A stretch of DNA of 64,000 bases from positions 544,001 to 608,000 of the forward strand of contig CAWGJT010000005.1 of the NCBI GenBank assembly GCA_963822965.1, read 5' to 3'. Positions 60,300-64,000 of the stretch are shown in pieces (within the stretch, counting starts at the first letter, position 1; the number at the start of each line of letters is the position of its first letter). Below the pieces are notes generated by a model. It was not told the DNA's origin. It saw nothing but the letters and a program-made list of their open reading frames with translations, and ran no database searches. This stretch comes from an uncultured delta proteobacterium. GTDB lineage: Bacteria > Myxococcota_A > UBA9160 > UBA4427. A program made the translations under genes and the position numbers.

Positions 60300-62588
60300 G
60301 TGCGCAGCGCACGCGTGCGCGAGCTGGCGCTGTCCCTGGCCGCGGCCACCACCCTGGCAGCCGGCGTCGCCGGCCTCTTCCCTCCGGCGGCGTCGGCGGC
60401 AGCCGAAAAGGCTCCCGCCGCGGAGGCCGCTCCCGCCGCGGAGACCGAAGCCGCGCTGCCCCTGTGGCGCGTCCGCGAGGCCGGCGCTGACGGGGCGAGC
60501 CTCTACGTGCTGGCGACGGTCGCCCTCGGCGAGGACGAGCGCCTGCGCTTCGACCCGGCCGTCCTCGACGCCTTCGAGCAGGCCGGCCGCCTGGTGCTTC
60601 CCGACAACGCGGCGCTCTCCAAGCAGAACGCGTTGATCGGGTGGAAGGCGCATCTCGCGGAAGGCGACGTGCTCTCCAACTGGCTGCCGGAAGAGGTCTT
60701 CTCGGGATACGTCGAGGCCGTCGGTCGTGCCGGCTTCCCGCCCACCTACGCGAACGTGACGGCTCCCTGGTTTGCGGCCCGCATGGTCCGCGCCGCGGAC
60801 CTGCGGCGCACGGGCTTCACGCCAGAGCGCGAGTTCGAGGTGTTCTTCGCGCACCTGGCCGAGGAGCGGGGCGACCCGAAGCCCATCCTGCCCCTGGAGG
60901 AGTCGGCGACGAGCTACGACCGCGCGGCGGCGCTCTCGAAGCCGATCCAGGTGGAGATCATGCAGCGCGCGCTCGCCGACTCGGCCCGCGCCGACTCGGA
61001 CCTGCCCGCCGCGGCCGCCGCCTGGAAGGCCGGCGACCTTCCCGCGCTCGACGGGATTCTGCGGCGCAGCGACCGCGAGCACCCGGAATGGGCCGAGAGC
61101 CGCAGCCGGACCACGACCTTCGAGAGCGCGCGACTGGCCGACGGCGTGCGGCGCCTGCTCGCGGAGCCCGGGCCGCATACGGACTTCCTGCTCGCCGAGA
61201 GCCGCTACGTGATCGGCACCGGCGGCCTGCTGGCCCGCCTGCGGCAGGCCGGCCTGCAGGTGACCCCCGTGGCGGCTCGGGGCGGTCGCGCAGAGCCCTA
61301 CCCGGCGCCCCCGCTGCCCGCCGCGAGGACGGCGCCCGTGCGGCCGGCGGCCGGCGGGCGTCGGACCGGACGCGTGCTGCTCGTGGGCATCGACGGCGCC
61401 AGCCTGCGCATCATCCGCCCGCTGCTCGCGCAGGGCCGACTCCCCCACCTGGCGGAGCTGGCCCGTCGGGGCGTCTCCGGCGCCCTGCGCTCCCATCGTC
61501 CCCTCTACTCGCCGCGCATCTGGAACTCCATCGCCACCGGCAAGATGCCCGAGAAGCACGGCATCGAGGGCTTCACGTTCCACGACGACGCGGGGAAGCA
61601 GCAGCTCTACCTGAGCGTCCACCGCAAGGCGCACGCCCTCTGGAACATCGCCTCGAAGGCGGGAATGCGGGTCGCCGTGGTCAACTGGTGGAACACCTAT
61701 CCGCCGGAGGTCGTGAACGGCGTCATGGTCTCCGACCACGCGAAGCCCAGCGCGCCTGGCGGAGCTGCGCAATCTGACGGGCGCCGAGAAGATCGACGAG
61801 GACGCCATCGGCGCCACGGTATTTCCGCCCGCCTGGAGGGCTCGGGTGGCGGAGGTGTACGCGCGGCGCCTGGTGATCCCGGGTCTCGAGGATCCCTTCC
61901 TGGGCAACCTCGGCCTGCCGCCCTGGCTGCAGAAGGAGGAGCTCTCGAAGCGCTTCCGGGACGACGCCGCGGTGGCGCGTCTCTCCCTCGAGATCGAGGC
62001 CCGCGAAGCCCCCGAGCTGCTCGCTGGTCTTCCTGCCCGGCATCGACCGGGTGTCCCATCGCCTGTGGGCCGGGGTGGCGCCGCCCGAGAGCTACGCCAA
62101 GCCCCTCGACCTGAGCGAGCGACAGCGCGCCGCCGCGCGGGATGCCCTCGAGCGCTACTACGTGTACAGCGATGCGCTGATCGGGCTGCTCGCCCGGGAC
62201 TTCGGACCGGACGACCTCGTCATGGTCGTCTCCGACCACGGATTCGAGGCGGGTGAGCATCTCGGCGACCTGACCGGCGTCCACGACAGCGAGGCGGCCC
62301 TGGACGGCATCCTCTTCGCTCGCGGTCCCGGCATCCGGCCCGGCAGCGACGCCGCGGGCACGTCCGTCAACGACGTGACGCCCACGATCCTCGCCTGGCT
62401 CGGGCTTCCTCTCGGTCGCGACATGGACGGGACACGTCGCAGCCTTCTTCGACGGCGCGCAGCGCGGCACCGAGGTGGAGACGATCGCGACCTGGGACAC
62501 CGAGCCCATCGAACGCATCGGCAACGCGCGTTCGGGACACGAAGACGAGATCCTCGATCAGCTTCGCGGGCTGGGATACATCGAGTAA
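60300..62588 (+). CDS. TraB/GumN-like domain fused to alkaline-phosphatase-superfamily (type I phosphodiesterase) domain; frameshifts near 61750, 62025, 62430
   Basis: Signal peptide, LWRV..SLYVLAT, APW, PLE, W.AGD; then VLLVGIDGA, SPRIWNSIATGK.P.KHGI, VVSDHGF, DVTPTIL, QLRGLGYI. Confidence 0.75.
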
Positions 62589-62616
62589 GCTGTGCCCCTC
62601 TCCGGGGGGAAGCGAC

Positions 62617-63510
62617 GTGGCGCAGAAGCGGGATCGCGACAGGAACAGGAAGAGGAACGGCAACAGGAAGGGCAGCGACCGGAAGTCCGGCCGCCGGAAG
62701 ACGCGCCGGGTCGCGCCGCGCATGGCGCGGGGCGCCGACAAGCACCGCCTGTACGAGGAGTCGGTGCAGGGCGTCGAGAGCGACGTCGCGCTGATCGAGC
62801 GCCTGTTTCGGAAACGCTACGGGCGCCCGCCGCGCCGCCTGCGCGAGGACTTCTGCGGTACGGCGGCGCTGTGCTGCGAGTGGGTTCGCATGCACGGCGA
62901 CAATCGCGCCGTCGGGGTCGACATCGACCGCGAGGTGCTCGACTACTGCCGCCAGAACCACTTCCCGAAGCTCGACGCGGACCAACGCGACCGCGTCGAG
63001 CTGCGGCTCGCCAACGTGCTGGACGACCCGAGCACGGGCTTCGACGTCACCTGCGCGTTCAATTTCTCCTACTTCTGCTTCCAGACGCGGGAGCTGCTCA
63101 CCCGCTACTTCCGGCGGGCCCGCAAGAGCCTGGGCCGGGAGGGGCTCTTCCTCGTCGACCTCTACGGCGGCGCCGACGCCCAGCGCACCCTGACCGAGAC
63201 CCGGGAGCAGGAGGGCTTCGACTACGTGTGGGACCAGCACGTCTTCGATCCGGTCACGAATCACGTGATCAACTACATCCACTTCGAGTTCCCGGACGGC
63301 TCCGAGATGCGGCGGGCCTTCACCTACGACTGGCGGCTGTGGTCGATCCCGGAGCTGCGCGAGGCGATGGCCGACGCGGGCTTCCGGGAGAGCGAGGTGT
63401 ACTGGGAGGGAACCGACCGCAAGACCAACGAGCCGAACGGCGTCTACCGGAAGGTCAAGTCGGCTCCCGACGACCCGGCCTGGGTGTCCTACATCGTCGC
63501 TTCTCCCTGA
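62617..63510 (+). CDS. Class I SAM-dependent methyltransferase
   Basis: LYEESVQ, LREDFCGTA, GVDID, FNFSY. Confidence 0.8.
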   Translation: MAQKRDRDRNRKRNGNRKGSDRKSGRRKTRRVAPRMARGADKHRLYEESVQGVESDVALIERLFRKRYGRPPRRLREDFCGTAALCCEWVRMHGDNRAVGVDIDREVLDYCRQNHFPKLDADQRDRVELRLANVLDDPSTGFDVTCAFNFSYFCFQTRELLTRYFRRARKSLGREGLFLVDLYGGADAQRTLTETREQEGFDYVWDQHVFDPVTNHVINYIHFEFPDGSEMRRAFTYDWRLWSIPELREAMADAGFRESEVYWEGTDRKTNEPNGVYRKVKSAPDDPAWVSYIVASP

Positions 63511-63617
63511 ATGAAGCCGCGGGCGCTCCTTGAAGCCCGGATCCGGATCGGCGCGGGGCGGCGGCCGCCCCGCGCCCGCCGCCCCGCACACAGGGATCGA
63601 GCACGGCGGGGCGCGTA

Positions 63618-63632
63618 TTGACATTCTTGTCA
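63618..63632 (+). promoter_or_regulatory. -35 box overlapped by a palindrome (candidate repressor site)
   Basis: TTGACA at 63618; TGACA-ttct-TGTCA inverted repeat. Confidence 0.6.
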
Positions 63633-63709
63633 GGCAGGGAAAACTCGTCGGGGCCGGGCGCCCTGGCGGGGCGCCGGCGGCTTGCCTCACCCTCGAACCG
63701 GAGACCCCC

Positions 63710-64000
63710 ATGAACTTCGACTTTTCCGAGGACCAGAAGCTCCTCCAGAAGACCGCACGCGACTTCCTCGAGGAGCACTCGCCGCTCTCCGTCTGCCGCG
63801 AGGTGCTCGAATCCGATCAGCCCTACTCCGCAGGCGCTCTTGAAGGCGGCCGCCGAGATGGGCTACCAGGGCAGCGTGATTCCCGAGGAGTACGGCGGGG
63901 CCGGCTTCGGGTATCTCGAGCTCGCCGTGATCGCCGAGGAGCTCGGCCGCGCGCTGGCGCCGATTCCGTTCTCCTCGAGCGTCTACCTCGCCACCGAGGC
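63710..64000 (+). CDS. Acyl-CoA dehydrogenase (5' part, runs off the window; frameshift near 63830)
   Basis: MNFDFSEDQKLL...ARDFL then IPEEYGGAG...EELGRAL.P.PF in a shifted frame. Confidence 0.85.
   Translation, partial: MNFDFSEDQKLLQKTARDFLEEHSPLSVCREVLESDQPYSAGALEGGRRDGLPGQRDSRGVRRGRLRVSRARRDRRGARPRAGADSVLLERLPRHRG

Overview
Very GC-rich (visually about 70% or more) bacterial chromosomal window, densely coding, about 55 genes. No rRNA, tRNA, CRISPR array, transposase or integrase was seen. Gene content (stand-alone PilZ, sigma54 two-component system, F420/LLM oxidoreductases, P450) would fit a Myxococcota/deltaproteobacterial-like lineage; this is inference only. Core genes: parE-parC, dusB, ggt, pqiA/A/B/C, mlaFEDAC, a MacAB-like exporter, htpG and metH. 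Most notable: (i) a secreted ~970-aa protein with the full architecture of animal CLCA metalloproteases, divergent from a scramblase/LURP-like gene; (ii) a bufferin-type MNIO RiPP operon with an ECF-type promoter; (iii) a porin + small periplasmic binding protein + sensor kinase + sigma54 activator module with a sigma54 promoter in front of an unknown secreted protein; (iv) ParC ending in a beta-clamp-like motif, followed by a T7-kinase-like gene; (v) a degenerate TraB/GumN-phosphodiesterase fusion and a catalytically degenerate CheC. Many genes carry single-base indels that look like sequencing or consensus errors. All family calls come from motif recognition by eye; no searches were run.
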